NCBI GenBank assembly: GCA_964437755.1 | Contig: CAYTIA010000006.1 | Span: 1-52,369, forward strand | Length of the DNA: 52,369 nt | Reading direction: 5' to 3' | From: an uncultured Pseudomonadales bacterium | GTDB lineage: Bacteria; Patescibacteriota; Microgenomatia; UBA1400; PJMF01 | Shown here: piece by piece, positions 42,978 through 52,284 of the stretch | How the letters are laid out: the number at the start of each line of letters is the position of its first letter | How positions within the stretch are numbered: position 1 is the stretch's first letter | The notes under the pieces: generated by a model | Databases searched by the model: none | Told to the model about the DNA's origin: nothing | What the model saw: only the letters and a program-made list of their open reading frames with translations | Position numbers and translations under genes: made by a program

Positions 42978-44104
42978 AACTGAAAAAAATTACATATTTG
43001 CATAAATTGCTCTTTTATGCTTTTTGAGTCAGATTCTGAAGTGTTATCGACTATCCAGATTTTTCCATAAGAATCTCTTGAAATAATTTTCTCCATCGAC
43101 TCGAGTTTTTGATCAAAAGAGTACTGACTTTCAAGCCTCCTCTTGATCTGTTCATTATTAAGATTTCTTTTTAATAATCTTTTATGTTGGGTATCCTCAT
43201 TCGTTTTCACTAAACAAACATTGTTATTTGATAAATAGGTCATATCTGACTCAATTAATAAAGCTGCGTTCAATAAAATTAAACCTTTTTTACCATTTAG
43301 CTCCCTCCTGATTCTAACCAACAACGGCAGGTGCATAATCTCGTTTAACCGGTTTAATTTTTTATAATCTGTAAAAACCACCTCCCCAAGCACTTTTCGA
43401 TTAATGCTTCCATCGGAGTTTTTTACATCATTTCCAAACTCATCTGCAATCATATCTCTGATTTGTTGGTATTTGGGTTCTTTTAATTCTTGATAAATTT
43501 GATGAGTCACTAAATCAAGATCAATATGAAATACCGGAATATTATTTTCTTTTCCAAGTTCAACGAATTTATCACTAACATAAGATTTTCCAGAACCAAT
43601 CTCTCCCGTGATAGTCACAATGTGCTGATCACCCATCTTTTCTTCAAGTGCTTGCTTAACATTGAGAGGCACAAACTCATGTATCAGTCCCTGATCTTTT
43701 TGCAGTTGTTTAACATTGCTAGAACTAACATGAGCTAACTCTGACCTAGAAACCAAGATAAACGTATCAAGCCCAACCTTTTGAGAATCCCCCAGTTTAT
43801 GCAAGTTTACCTCATACTCAAAATCTGTTGGATTGCGAACCCCCTTAACAATCACATCAGCGCCAATTTCATAGGCAAAATCTATTAAGAGACCAGTAAA
43901 TGAAACAACTGTAACATTAGAGTATTTGATCAAGGCCTGTTGAGCTAATTGAGTTCTCTCTTCAAGAGAAAAAAGGTATTTTTTTTCAGGATTAACGCCA
44001 ATTGCCACTATTAGTTCATCAAAAACAGAAGCAGCTCGACGAATAATATCTATATGCCCATAAGTAATGGGGTCTCCGGAAAAAGCGTAAATTGCTTTTG
44101 ACAT
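42971..44104 (-). CDS. coaD-coaE: Bifunctional phosphopantetheine adenylyltransferase / dephospho-CoA kinase fusion
   Basis: N-terminal DPITYGH, KGVR...DFEYE and SSS.VK (CoaD); C-terminal TGEIGSGKS, INR..LG..VF and AALLIE (CoaE). Confidence 0.9.
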   Translation of the reverse strand: MSKAIYAFSGDPITYGHIDIIRRAASVFDELIVAIGVNPEKKYLFSLEERTQLAQQALIKYSNVTVVSFTGLLIDFAYEIGADVIVKGVRNPTDFEYEVNLHKLGDSQKVGLDTFILVSRSELAHVSSSNVKQLQKDQGLIHEFVPLNVKQALEEKMGDQHIVTITGEIGSGKSYVSDKFVELGKENNIPVFHIDLDLVTHQIYQELKEPKYQQIRDMIADEFGNDVKNSDGSINRKVLGEVVFTDYKKLNRLNEIMHLPLLVRIRRELNGKKGLILLNAALLIESDMTYLSNNNVCLVKTNEDTQHKRLLKRNLNNEQIKRRLESQYSFDQKLESMEKIISRDSYGKIWIVDNTSESDSKSIKEQFMQICNFFQLC

Positions 44105-44228
44105 AAAAAATATTCAGCATCTTCATGATAACTCAAAACCGACTTATTTCCAGATGAGTAACTCTCTAAATTTAACTTTCTAATTTACTCTTCGCTCCAG
44201 GCAAAAGAGTAAATTAAGAAAATAGTGT

Positions 44229-46328
44229 TTACTCAATAACCACTCTTACGTCAAGTACTTTTGCACCATCACCCTTTGGCAAAGCTAGCAATGGGTTAAT
44301 ATCAAGCTCAACAATTTCTGGAAAATCAGTAACAAGTTGAGATAGTCTGCCAATACACTCTGACAACATCTCAATATCTTTTGCTTTTTCTCCTCTAACC
44401 CCCTTAAACAAATCTGAGGTTTTAAGTGTTTGAATCATGTTTAAAGCATCAGTTTTTGTTAATGGAGCATAAGCAAAGTTTACATCCTTCAAAACCTCAA
44501 CATAAATTCCCCCTAATCCAAACATAATCATTGTTCCAAGGCCAGGAGCTCGATTTACTCCCAAGATTACTTCCGTTCCATTATCTGGAGCCATCTCCAT
44601 TAGCAAAACACCTTCCAGTCTGGCTTTTGGTTTATTTTTTGAAACTGTTTTGATCATTTGCTCATACTTTTCTTCGATATCATCCGAGGTAACATTGAGC
44701 ATTACACCGCCAACATCACTCTTATGTAAGATATCTGGCGAAACAATCTTCATTGCCAGTTTTGATCCAAACTTTTTTGCTATCTGTAAAGCTTGATCTG
44801 CTGATTTTGCAATCTCACTTTGCAGAACAGGAAAATTGTAAGCCTTGATAATCTCCATCGCTTCAGCTTCGGGAAAAGAGGTTTGTCCCTTTTTTCTAGC
44901 TTCGCTAAAAATCCTTTTTACTTTCTCCTTGTCTACATCCCTAAATTCCATCGATTTTTCTATTGGAGTGTTATGCCATGAAACAAACTTGTCAAGTTGA
45001 GCTAATGCTTTTGCTCCAGGCTCAGGAAAAGATGCCGTTGCAACTTTTTCTCCTCTAAGTAAATCAACTCCAGGTCTAACAGTTATAGCACCCATCATAC
45101 TCACCACAATTGGTTTGGAGATATGCTTTCGCGCATCAACAATAACTCTGGCAGTTTCCTCAATTTCTGTCATTGACTGAGGAGTCATGATTACCTGAAT
45201 AGAATCAACATTTTTGTCTGTGGCAATTAACTCAAGAGCAAATTTGTAACGATCGGCTCTAGCATCTCCTAAGACGTCAACTGGATTATGAGAGCTTGCA
45301 GCTGGAGGTAAAAATTCTTTTAATTTTTTAGTGGTATCTTCAGACAACTGGGCCATTTCTAGTCCATTGTCAGTAGCCTCATCTGTAGTTAAAACACCTG
45401 GGCCACCAGCATTAGTAATAATCGCTAAATTCTTTGCTTTCTTGAGAGGATTTAGTGCAAAAATTTGGGCTAAATCAAACAGTTCCTTAATGCTTGTAGC
45501 ACGAATAATTCCTGCCTGTTTAAATAGAGCGTTATAAGCTGCATCACCGCCTGCCAATGAGCCGGTGTGTGAGGCTATCGCTCCTGCTCCAGCTTCAGTT
45601 CTCCCTGATTTTAAGACAATCACTGGCTTTGGATTGTTACCTCGATTAATCTTTTTCATCAGCTCAATAAATTCTGGAGCATTGGTTAGTTCTTCAGCAT
45701 AAATTAAAATCACTTTTGTCTGATCATCTTCAGCCAAGTACTTAATCAATTTTATTTCATTTACATCTGCTTTATTACCAATACTGATAAACTTTGAAAA
45801 ACCAACACCAAGCTCTTTGGCATAATCTAATACAGCTGTGCAAAGCGCTCCACTCTGAGACATAAATGCTACCGAGCCAAGTTCTGGCATTAGTTGTCCA
45901 AAAGAAGCATTCATTTTAATTTCAGGATTAATAGCTCCAAGACAGTTGGGGCCAACTAAGCTGATTTTATTTTTTTCACAAACTTTTTTTAATTGAGATT
46001 CAAGTTCTACATTACCTATTTCTTTAAAACCTGCAGATATAACAATTGCGGCTTTTGCTCCTTTTTTAGCAGCTTGCTCTAAATTTTCAGGGACAAATTT
46101 AGCTGGAATTGCAACCACTGCTAAATCAATAGTTGTATCAACTGAGCTAATATCTGGAAAAACTTTTTTTCCATACAGCTCTTCAATTTTTGGATTGATA
46201 GGAATAATTTTTCCTTTATAACCCTGATAAACCAAATTTTTTACTATATCGTTGCCAACCGTTTTTTCTCTGCTAGAAGCACCGATAATTGCAATCGACT
46301 TAGGATAAAAAAGAGACTTTAAACTCAT
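44229..46328 (-). CDS. acdAB: Acetate-CoA ligase (ADP-forming), fused alpha-beta; start 46328 or 46340
   Basis: IIGAS, GPNCLG, SQSG, ASHTGSL (phospho-His retained), TNAGGPG, NPVD, HKSDVGGV and ELDINP motifs; no GNAT domain. Confidence 0.9.
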   Translation of the reverse strand: MSLKSLFYPKSIAIIGASSREKTVGNDIVKNLVYQGYKGKIIPINPKIEELYGKKVFPDISSVDTTIDLAVVAIPAKFVPENLEQAAKKGAKAAIVISAGFKEIGNVELESQLKKVCEKNKISLVGPNCLGAINPEIKMNASFGQLMPELGSVAFMSQSGALCTAVLDYAKELGVGFSKFISIGNKADVNEIKLIKYLAEDDQTKVILIYAEELTNAPEFIELMKKINRGNNPKPVIVLKSGRTEAGAGAIASHTGSLAGGDAAYNALFKQAGIIRATSIKELFDLAQIFALNPLKKAKNLAIITNAGGPGVLTTDEATDNGLEMAQLSEDTTKKLKEFLPPAASSHNPVDVLGDARADRYKFALELIATDKNVDSIQVIMTPQSMTEIEETARVIVDARKHISKPIVVSMMGAITVRPGVDLLRGEKVATASFPEPGAKALAQLDKFVSWHNTPIEKSMEFRDVDKEKVKRIFSEARKKGQTSFPEAEAMEIIKAYNFPVLQSEIAKSADQALQIAKKFGSKLAMKIVSPDILHKSDVGGVMLNVTSDDIEEKYEQMIKTVSKNKPKARLEGVLLMEMAPDNGTEVILGVNRAPGLGTMIMFGLGGIYVEVLKDVNFAYAPLTKTDALNMIQTLKTSDLFKGVRGEKAKDIEMLSECIGRLSQLVTDFPEIVELDINPLLALPKGDGAKVLDVRVVIE

Positions 46329-46520
46329 ACTACCTTTCATTCAATTATTAATGGATAGACTTTGATATTCTATTCAAGATTGATAAAAAAATTAAGAGGC
46401 AGTTTTTCGCTAATTTTTTACTAGCTCTTTTTTTTACACTCCATCTTCTTTATTGTCATTTTTTTAGATTCCTGCTACCATAAGTAATCAGCGATTATCA
46501 TACAAAGTATTCATAAAAAT

Positions 46521-47396
46521 ATGACAAAGATGATCAAGAAGGCCATAATTACTGCGGCAGGCTTTGGTTCTAGATTCCTGCCGATTACTAAAACATTTCC
46601 TAAGGAAATGCTACCAATTATCGATAAACCAATTATTCAATATCTCGTTGAAGAGTGCGCTGAAGCTGAAATCGAGGAAGTAATTATTATTGCTTCTCCT
46701 TCGGAAGTAAGTAAGTTTGAAGACTATTTCTACGGCAGAGCTACTTCGATTAGAACTCTCATGATTAGACAAGAAAAACTTGACCGTTGGGATAAGGTTG
46801 AGCAAGTTTTTCATTTACCAAAAATAACAGTAGTGCCTCAAGATGAAAGTTTACCTTATGGAAATGGAAGACCAATTATTACCGTCAAGGACTTAGTAAT
46901 GGATGGTCCTTTTGTGATAATGTGGGGAGATGATTTAGTTTTAAGTGAGGTTAGCGCAGTTAAACAGATGATTGACGATTTTGAGAAAAATCCTTGCGAT
47001 GGCTTACTCGCAGTTCAAGAAGTTCCTCACCACGAAGTAGATCGCTATGGCATCATTAAAATTAAGGACGGCACAAAAGATCAAGTTGAGACGGTAATTG
47101 AAAAACCGCCAATCGACAAAGCTCCATCAAATATGGTTTCTTACGGAAGATATATTTTAACTCCAGAAATTTTTGATTATTTAACCGCTGATGCTACCGG
47201 TCTTGACGGGGAAGTTTGGTTACAGGATGCAAATGATAAAGTAGCAAAAAAAGGCATTGTCCGTTACAAAGTCATTGATGGTGAGTGGATGACAACTGGT
47301 GATCCTCTGCGCTATATGAAAGCTCACTTAAAGTTTATGTTAGCTCACAACAAATATGGACCGGAGCTAAAAGAGTTTGTTACCTCCATAAAATAG
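46521..47396 (+). CDS. galU: UTP-glucose-1-phosphate uridylyltransferase family, paralog 2
   Basis: AAGFGSRFLP.TK..PKEMLP, WGDD, EKP and GRYIL motifs. Confidence 0.88.
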   Translation: MTKMIKKAIITAAGFGSRFLPITKTFPKEMLPIIDKPIIQYLVEECAEAEIEEVIIIASPSEVSKFEDYFYGRATSIRTLMIRQEKLDRWDKVEQVFHLPKITVVPQDESLPYGNGRPIITVKDLVMDGPFVIMWGDDLVLSEVSAVKQMIDDFEKNPCDGLLAVQEVPHHEVDRYGIIKIKDGTKDQVETVIEKPPIDKAPSNMVSYGRYILTPEIFDYLTADATGLDGEVWLQDANDKVAKKGIVRYKVIDGEWMTTGDPLRYMKAHLKFMLAHNKYGPELKEFVTSIK

Positions 47397-47420
47397 CTCT
47401 ACTCCATTAAAATTAATACA

Positions 47421-47449
47421 AAAAATCCCCGGTTAAACCGGGGATTTTT
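47421..47449. terminator. Bidirectional intrinsic terminator
   Basis: AAAAATCCCCGGT-TAA-ACCGGGGATTTTT between convergent genes. Confidence 0.9.
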
Positions 47450-47490
47450 ACATTTACAACTTTATGTTGCAAAGAGTTGATTGAATCAAC

Positions 47491-47826
47491 TTAGTTGTTT
47501 CGATCGTAGCCACCTCGATTGTAGCCACCTTGTGAACGATTAAACGTTCTAGGTGCTCTGGGGCGAGCGATGTTTACAACAAGCTCGCGCTCCTCGAGGG
47601 AACTGCCGTTCAAAGCATCGATGGCTGCCTGAGCTGCTTCTGCTGAAGCGAACTCGACAAAACCAAAGCCTTTTGATCGACCTGTGTGAGGATCGGTGAT
47701 CACCTTACAATAGGTAATCTCTCCGAAATCCTGACACATCTCTCGCAACTGATCTTCAGTAACGCTATAAGGTAAATTACCTACATAGACTTTACTAAGA
47801 TTCTTCTCGTCTTGGGAAGATTGCAT
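47491..47826 (-). CDS. RRM-domain RNA-binding protein with a Gly/Arg-rich tail
   Basis: VYVGNL (RNP2), KGFGFVEF (RNP1), GGYNRGGY tail. Confidence 0.95.
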   Translation of the reverse strand: MQSSQDEKNLSKVYVGNLPYSVTEDQLREMCQDFGEITYCKVITDPHTGRSKGFGFVEFASAEAAQAAIDALNGSSLEERELVVNIARPRAPRTFNRSQGGYNRGGYDRNN

Positions 47827-47927
47827 AGTGCCTTTTTTCTAGTTGGCTGATCACCCAACCTTTGTAAATAACCACTTAGACAGAAAACCTGAGAAACCCA
47901 AGGCACTGTCAGCAGATCAGACCATAC

Positions 47928-47936
47928 ATTATATCA
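47928..47936 (-). promoter_or_regulatory. Extended -10 promoter of the RRM gene (about 95-nt leader)
   Basis: TGa-TATAAT on the minus strand. Confidence 0.55.
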
Positions 47937-47980
47937 GAGTTATTGTTAATACATAGTGGGAATTGGATTTTGTGGAAAGA

Positions 47981-48730
47981 TCACCATTTTCCAGAAGCAC
48001 CGCCGCCGCCGGATCGCCCACCGCCAAATGAAAAAGATTTAGAAGAAGATGAGCTTGATCTAGAAGTAGAAAAAGGAGATTTTGATGAAGATAATGTATG
48101 AGAAAAACCAGGAGTTTTTGGAGCATATTTTGCCACCAGATATATAAACAATGCAATAATACCAAAAAAGATTATCATTATTAAAATTGCAGTCCAAACC
48201 GAAACATTATTTTGATTTGAATTTATAAGCTGGTCAGGATTAGAGATTTGGGCCAAGATTTCATTAACTCCAGCAACAACCGCCGCATCATAATCATTTT
48301 CTTGAAGATGGGGCACAATATCTTGACGAATAATTCTGCCCGCCATGCCATCTGGTAATGAACCTTCAACACCATACCCCGTCTGAATACGAATATCTCT
48401 ATCATTGATCGCTAATAACAGCAACACTCCATTGTCTTCACCCTTTTTGCCAATTTGCCATTGATCAAAGTATGCAAGAGCAACCGACTCTATCGGCTGA
48501 TCCTCAAGTGAGTTGAGTGTTACCACTGCCAACTCTGCGCCATTTTGTCTACTGGCTTCTTGTTGCAACTTTTCTTCTAACTGAAGTTTCGTCTCGGCCG
48601 AGAGGACTTGTGCAAAATCATTAACCATTCCCTCATATTGTTTTACTTCGAAAGCAAAAGCCTGTAGCGAGAAATATCTCGCCAACAAACTAATCATCAA
48701 CAATAAAAAAAATCGCTTAAGAATTTTCAT
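47981..48730 (-). CDS. TPM (DUF477) domain membrane protein
   Basis: VNDFA.VL, WQIG..G.DNGVL, TGYGVEG.LPD motifs; GGG.SGGGGASGKW tail; SD GGAGG. Confidence 0.93.
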   Translation of the reverse strand: MKILKRFFLLLMISLLARYFSLQAFAFEVKQYEGMVNDFAQVLSAETKLQLEEKLQQEASRQNGAELAVVTLNSLEDQPIESVALAYFDQWQIGKKGEDNGVLLLLAINDRDIRIQTGYGVEGSLPDGMAGRIIRQDIVPHLQENDYDAAVVAGVNEILAQISNPDQLINSNQNNVSVWTAILIMIIFFGIIALFIYLVAKYAPKTPGFSHTLSSSKSPFSTSRSSSSSSKSFSFGGGRSGGGGASGKW

Positions 48731-48739
48731 TGCCTCCTA

Positions 48740-49303
48740 CTAATCTCTAAAATTTACTGCCGGAGCTGACTCAGCGGCTACATCAGCCTCAAAGTATGGC
48801 TTTTGTGAAAATCCAAGCATTCCCGAAATCAGAACTACTGGAAATGATTTTGCCCGAACGTTGTACTCTTTGGCGGCATCGTTGTAACGCATTCTTTCAA
48901 CGCTAACTCTGTTCTCGGTACCAGCTAACTCATCCATTACTTGGGCAATTGTTTCGCTTGACTTTAGCTCCGGATAGTTTTCAATGATAACCAATAACCT
49001 GGCTAAAGCGGATTCAACCTGAGCCGAAGCCTCAGCCTTTTCCTCTACGGTATTTGCGCCAGCATAACCCTGACGAGCCATAGCTATTGTTTCTAATATC
49101 TCCTTTTCTTGATCAAGAAAACCTTTCGCTGCCTCAACCAAATTAGGAATTAAATCATAGCGACGTTGATATTGCGTTTCAACTTGTGACCACTGGGCAT
49201 CAACTTCTTGAGATTTTCTAACCAAACCATTGTAGCTACCCATCAGCCACATACCCAAAACTACTAAAGCAATCAGCCACATTTTTTTATTTTTAAAATT
49301 CAT
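48740..49303 (-). CDS. lemA: LemA family protein
   Basis: YN.LV, QRRYDLIPNLV, ENYPELK and ENR...ER..YN motifs. Confidence 0.95.
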   Translation of the reverse strand: MNFKNKKMWLIALVVLGMWLMGSYNGLVRKSQEVDAQWSQVETQYQRRYDLIPNLVEAAKGFLDQEKEILETIAMARQGYAGANTVEEKAEASAQVESALARLLVIIENYPELKSSETIAQVMDELAGTENRVSVERMRYNDAAKEYNVRAKSFPVVLISGMLGFSQKPYFEADVAAESAPAVNFRD

Positions 49304-49339
49304 TTTTTCTCCTCTTTATTTATAATTAAATTAATGTAA

Positions 49340-49966
49340 TTATTCTGTCCCGAAATAGCGATCACCATAATCACCAAGACCAGGAACAATATACTTTTTG
49401 TCATTCAAAGATTTATCAATACTAGCAGTAAATATTTTTACATTGGGAAACTCTTTAGCAATAGCCTCAATCCCTTCTGGAGCTGAAACCACTGATACAA
49501 CTCTGATTTCTTTGGCATTTTCTTGAGAAACTCTTCGTACTAAATGAAGAATTGAGCCACCCGTGGCTAACATTGGATCGGTAACTATCACTACTGAGTT
49601 TTTAGTAATCTTGGGCAACTTCCAGTAATACTCACTCGCTATAGCCGTTTCCTCATCTCTTGCCAATCCAACAAAGCCAATCTTTGATTTAGGTAATAGA
49701 TGCATTGCTCCAAATAACATTGCTATTCCAGATCTTAATACTGGTACAACGATTACTTCATCAGCTAACTTAGGAACAGTGGTTTTACATAAAGGAGTTT
49801 CTATCTCTTCTTGTTTGAAAGATAATCCCTGAATTGCTTCAGCAAATAGCAAATAACAGATTCTATCTGAGTGCTCTCTAAATTTTTTTAACTTGGTTTT
49901 TTTGTCTCGAAGATGGCTCAACGAATCTTGAATAAATGGATGATTGCAAACAATGGTGTTATTCAT
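49340..49966 (-). CDS. upp: Uracil phosphoribosyltransferase
   Basis: VLRSG, DPMLATGGS and YIVPGLGDYGDRYFGT motifs. Confidence 0.96.
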   Translation of the reverse strand: MNNTIVCNHPFIQDSLSHLRDKKTKLKKFREHSDRICYLLFAEAIQGLSFKQEEIETPLCKTTVPKLADEVIVVPVLRSGIAMLFGAMHLLPKSKIGFVGLARDEETAIASEYYWKLPKITKNSVVIVTDPMLATGGSILHLVRRVSQENAKEIRVVSVVSAPEGIEAIAKEFPNVKIFTASIDKSLNDKKYIVPGLGDYGDRYFGTE

Positions 49967-50375
49967 ATTGTCCTTTTATTAATAAAAACAAACTTTGCTC
50001 AATCTTAAACTCATTTGAGTTTAGCAACTCATTATAACTAATCCACCTAAATTCTGTAATTTCTTCATTAGCTGGATTGTTTGTAGTATTGATCACAAAA
50101 GTGCCAGCAGGTTCACACAAAAAAGTGTGACAAATTACTTGGTCTTTTTGATGCTGAGAAAAGAAGTACCAGGCACCGATTGGCTTAATAATAGATACCT
50201 TGATCCCAAGCTCTTCCCAGATTTCTCGATGCAAAGTTTCTTCTGGAGACTCTCCATACTCAATTTTTCCCCCAGGCAAATCCCAAATCTCACCTTTGCG
50301 TAGCTCTTCCTTAACAAATAAATATTTATCTTTATATTTAATCAAGGCTTTTGACGAGGAAACTACTTTTGGCAT
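49959..50375 (-). CDS. Nudix hydrolase
   Basis: PGGKIEYGESPEETLHREIWEELG Nudix box. Confidence 0.93.
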   Translation of the reverse strand: MPKVVSSSKALIKYKDKYLFVKEELRKGEIWDLPGGKIEYGESPEETLHREIWEELGIKVSIIKPIGAWYFFSQHQKDQVICHTFLCEPAGTFVINTTNNPANEEITEFRWISYNELLNSNEFKIEQSLFLLIKGQYE

Positions 50376-50518
50376 AAAAACAGTTGAAGTGATTGCTTAA
50401 AAAAGTATTTAAATATGCAGTTTTTGAGCACAATAACACAATTAAACAGCACAGTAATTTCTGATAAACTAATTAAGAACTATAACAAAAAAATCTTGAT
50501 TTAAAACCAATCTACTCC

Positions 50519-51985
50519 ATGACAGAAATTGTATCAGATACTAAATCTCGTCCAGATAAGAAATTTCCCTGGTTTACTGAAAAAAGCGAAACTATTGCCT
50601 TTTATGAGGACCATTTTATAGATGTCGGGGCAGCTTTTGATCACATCACCATTAATTCAACATTCACCTTCAATCCAGAACTGAGAGCTCAAATCCCAAA
50701 TTGGCCAAATATTGATACAAGTTTGTTTTGTAAATTTTCAGTACCCAAAAAAAATGAATCAAGAAGAGTTATTCTCAATGATCATCCAATCATACAATCT
50801 CTTCGTAGATTATTTGGTGGTAAATTAATTCCTGAAACCGCTGTTGATCTTCCTCCAACTACTCCACAACAAAATCATTGGGGAATGGGAAGAGGTTTGT
50901 CATCTCTTCATTTACCTTTAGAAGGAAGCAGTTTGGCAACAGAGCTTAGAAAAGACGATACAAAATCTAAGCCAGGTTTAATTGGCGTTTATGATTCAAA
51001 ATTTGGTTTTTTTTATGCCAATCTAGGATTAAAAGGAAACGGACCTACTGCAAACGAGATACGAAAAACAGCTTTAAATCCAGAATTAGGAGCAAAAAAA
51101 AGAATTGAGTATCACGAAGCCTGGGGTATTTTGTGGGAACCAACAGCTCTAGAAATTGAGCAACCGATACTTGAATCGTTGGCAGATATAGGTTTTAGAG
51201 TTGGTAGAGTAATTGCTACTGTAGCTCTTGATAAAGTAATGCTTGCTGAGCTAGTCACTCCTTATTATCAAGAGGCAGGTCTAGATGAGCAATATGATAT
51301 TCGCAGAGAATTAAAAAAGGGGGATCCATCTTGGAAACCTGCCATCATTGCTAGACTTGGAGGAGGAGAAAGAATAGATGTGCTTGATAGAGCTGACAGC
51401 TCATTGGAAATACTGGAAAAGGGAATGTATTGTTTATCTTCAGAAATGTTTAAAATGGATGAGATTAATGATGAGAAAGGCAGTAAACTCTTCCAACAGA
51501 AATATAAGTTTCCTGATTCATATCTCCAGTACATTGATACCATCAGCGAGTACGACTACTCACAAGAATTAAGAGCAGATTATCTATATGCCTATTTCTG
51601 GATAATCTCTTTTCTGATGTGGCGAAATTATCACATGCAAGATGAGTACAATAAAAAATATCCAAATCCAGAACATCAAAACCTAGGCCCACTTTGGCTC
51701 AACTACAAACCGGGAGATTGGGATGTGGGAGGATTTATTTTTGATGTAGATGTGTTTGAGTATAAAAGAGATTTAGCAGAAAGAATTGGAGAGGCAAAAG
51801 TAAGGCAAAGTGATGCCGATGCTCTTCGAAAAGGATTGCAGTCTATTGCCAACAAGATGCTTTTATCTCTACCCAACTTACCAATTCATGACATAATCCA
51901 AAAAACATTTCAAGATAGTCTTGAGATCAGTCAGCGAGAAGGATTTATAATAAATGACGCAGAACAAGATTTTTATCTCTATTAA
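50519..51985 (+). CDS. Hypothetical protein with SelO/YdiU-like (pseudokinase-fold) motifs
   Basis: GMGRG, LKGNGPT, LADIGFRVGRVI and PAIIAR parallel the SelO N-lobe motifs; GGFIFDVD is a candidate metal-binding loop. Confidence 0.55.
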   Translation: MTEIVSDTKSRPDKKFPWFTEKSETIAFYEDHFIDVGAAFDHITINSTFTFNPELRAQIPNWPNIDTSLFCKFSVPKKNESRRVILNDHPIIQSLRRLFGGKLIPETAVDLPPTTPQQNHWGMGRGLSSLHLPLEGSSLATELRKDDTKSKPGLIGVYDSKFGFFYANLGLKGNGPTANEIRKTALNPELGAKKRIEYHEAWGILWEPTALEIEQPILESLADIGFRVGRVIATVALDKVMLAELVTPYYQEAGLDEQYDIRRELKKGDPSWKPAIIARLGGGERIDVLDRADSSLEILEKGMYCLSSEMFKMDEINDEKGSKLFQQKYKFPDSYLQYIDTISEYDYSQELRADYLYAYFWIISFLMWRNYHMQDEYNKKYPNPEHQNLGPLWLNYKPGDWDVGGFIFDVDVFEYKRDLAERIGEAKVRQSDADALRKGLQSIANKMLLSLPNLPIHDIIQKTFQDSLEISQREGFIINDAEQDFYLY

Positions 51986-52054
51986 TATATATGCTTGATG
52001 AGATTTGAGATGGCGTAGCATCCGGATCCGGTACCAGAACAATTTTAAAACAGT

Positions 52055-52252
52055 TTATGCAGCGATAACACTCTTTTCTGCTTCTGACTGCAAAACACTC
52101 ACAAGGCAATCAGAATTGTGCTTTTCTAAAACATACACTATCTGATTTGAAGATGGATTAAAACCAACTCCCCTAATTTTATATATTTCTCCATTATATT
52201 TAACCCAATCTCCCTCTTGAAACAAAGGTTTTTCTATTTTTTTATCATCCAT
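52055..52252 (-). CDS. Small hypothetical protein (65 aa), possible SH3-like barrel
   Basis: From ATG 52252: FQEGDWVKY.GEIYKI...YVL...V pattern. Confidence 0.55.
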   Translation of the reverse strand: MDDKKIEKPLFQEGDWVKYNGEIYKIRGVGFNPSSNQIVYVLEKHNSDCLVSVLQSEAEKSVIAA

Positions 52253-52284
52253 ATTCTGAATATATTTTTCACCATAATTAATTG

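Noticed and set aside
44182-44215. 11-bp inverted repeat AATTTACTCTT/AAGAGTAAATT between acd and coaD-coaE
   Set aside because: AT-rich stem with a long loop and no U-tract on either strand; cannot be called a terminator or operator.
1134-50400. Many short 60-95 aa ORFs nested in or antisense to long genes (for example 1134, 1143, 1407, 4473, 7050, 7953, 12945, 18094, 20535, 22046, 29525, 45331, 47929)
   Set aside because: They lie inside well-supported genes, have no recognisable motifs, and are expected shadow ORFs.
52010-52036. GC-rich palindromic patch (CCGGATCCGG, GGTACC) as a vector polylinker or degenerate att site
   Set aside because: Too short, no similarity to the tRNA-Ser 3' end, no integrase nearby, no other vector-like sequence.
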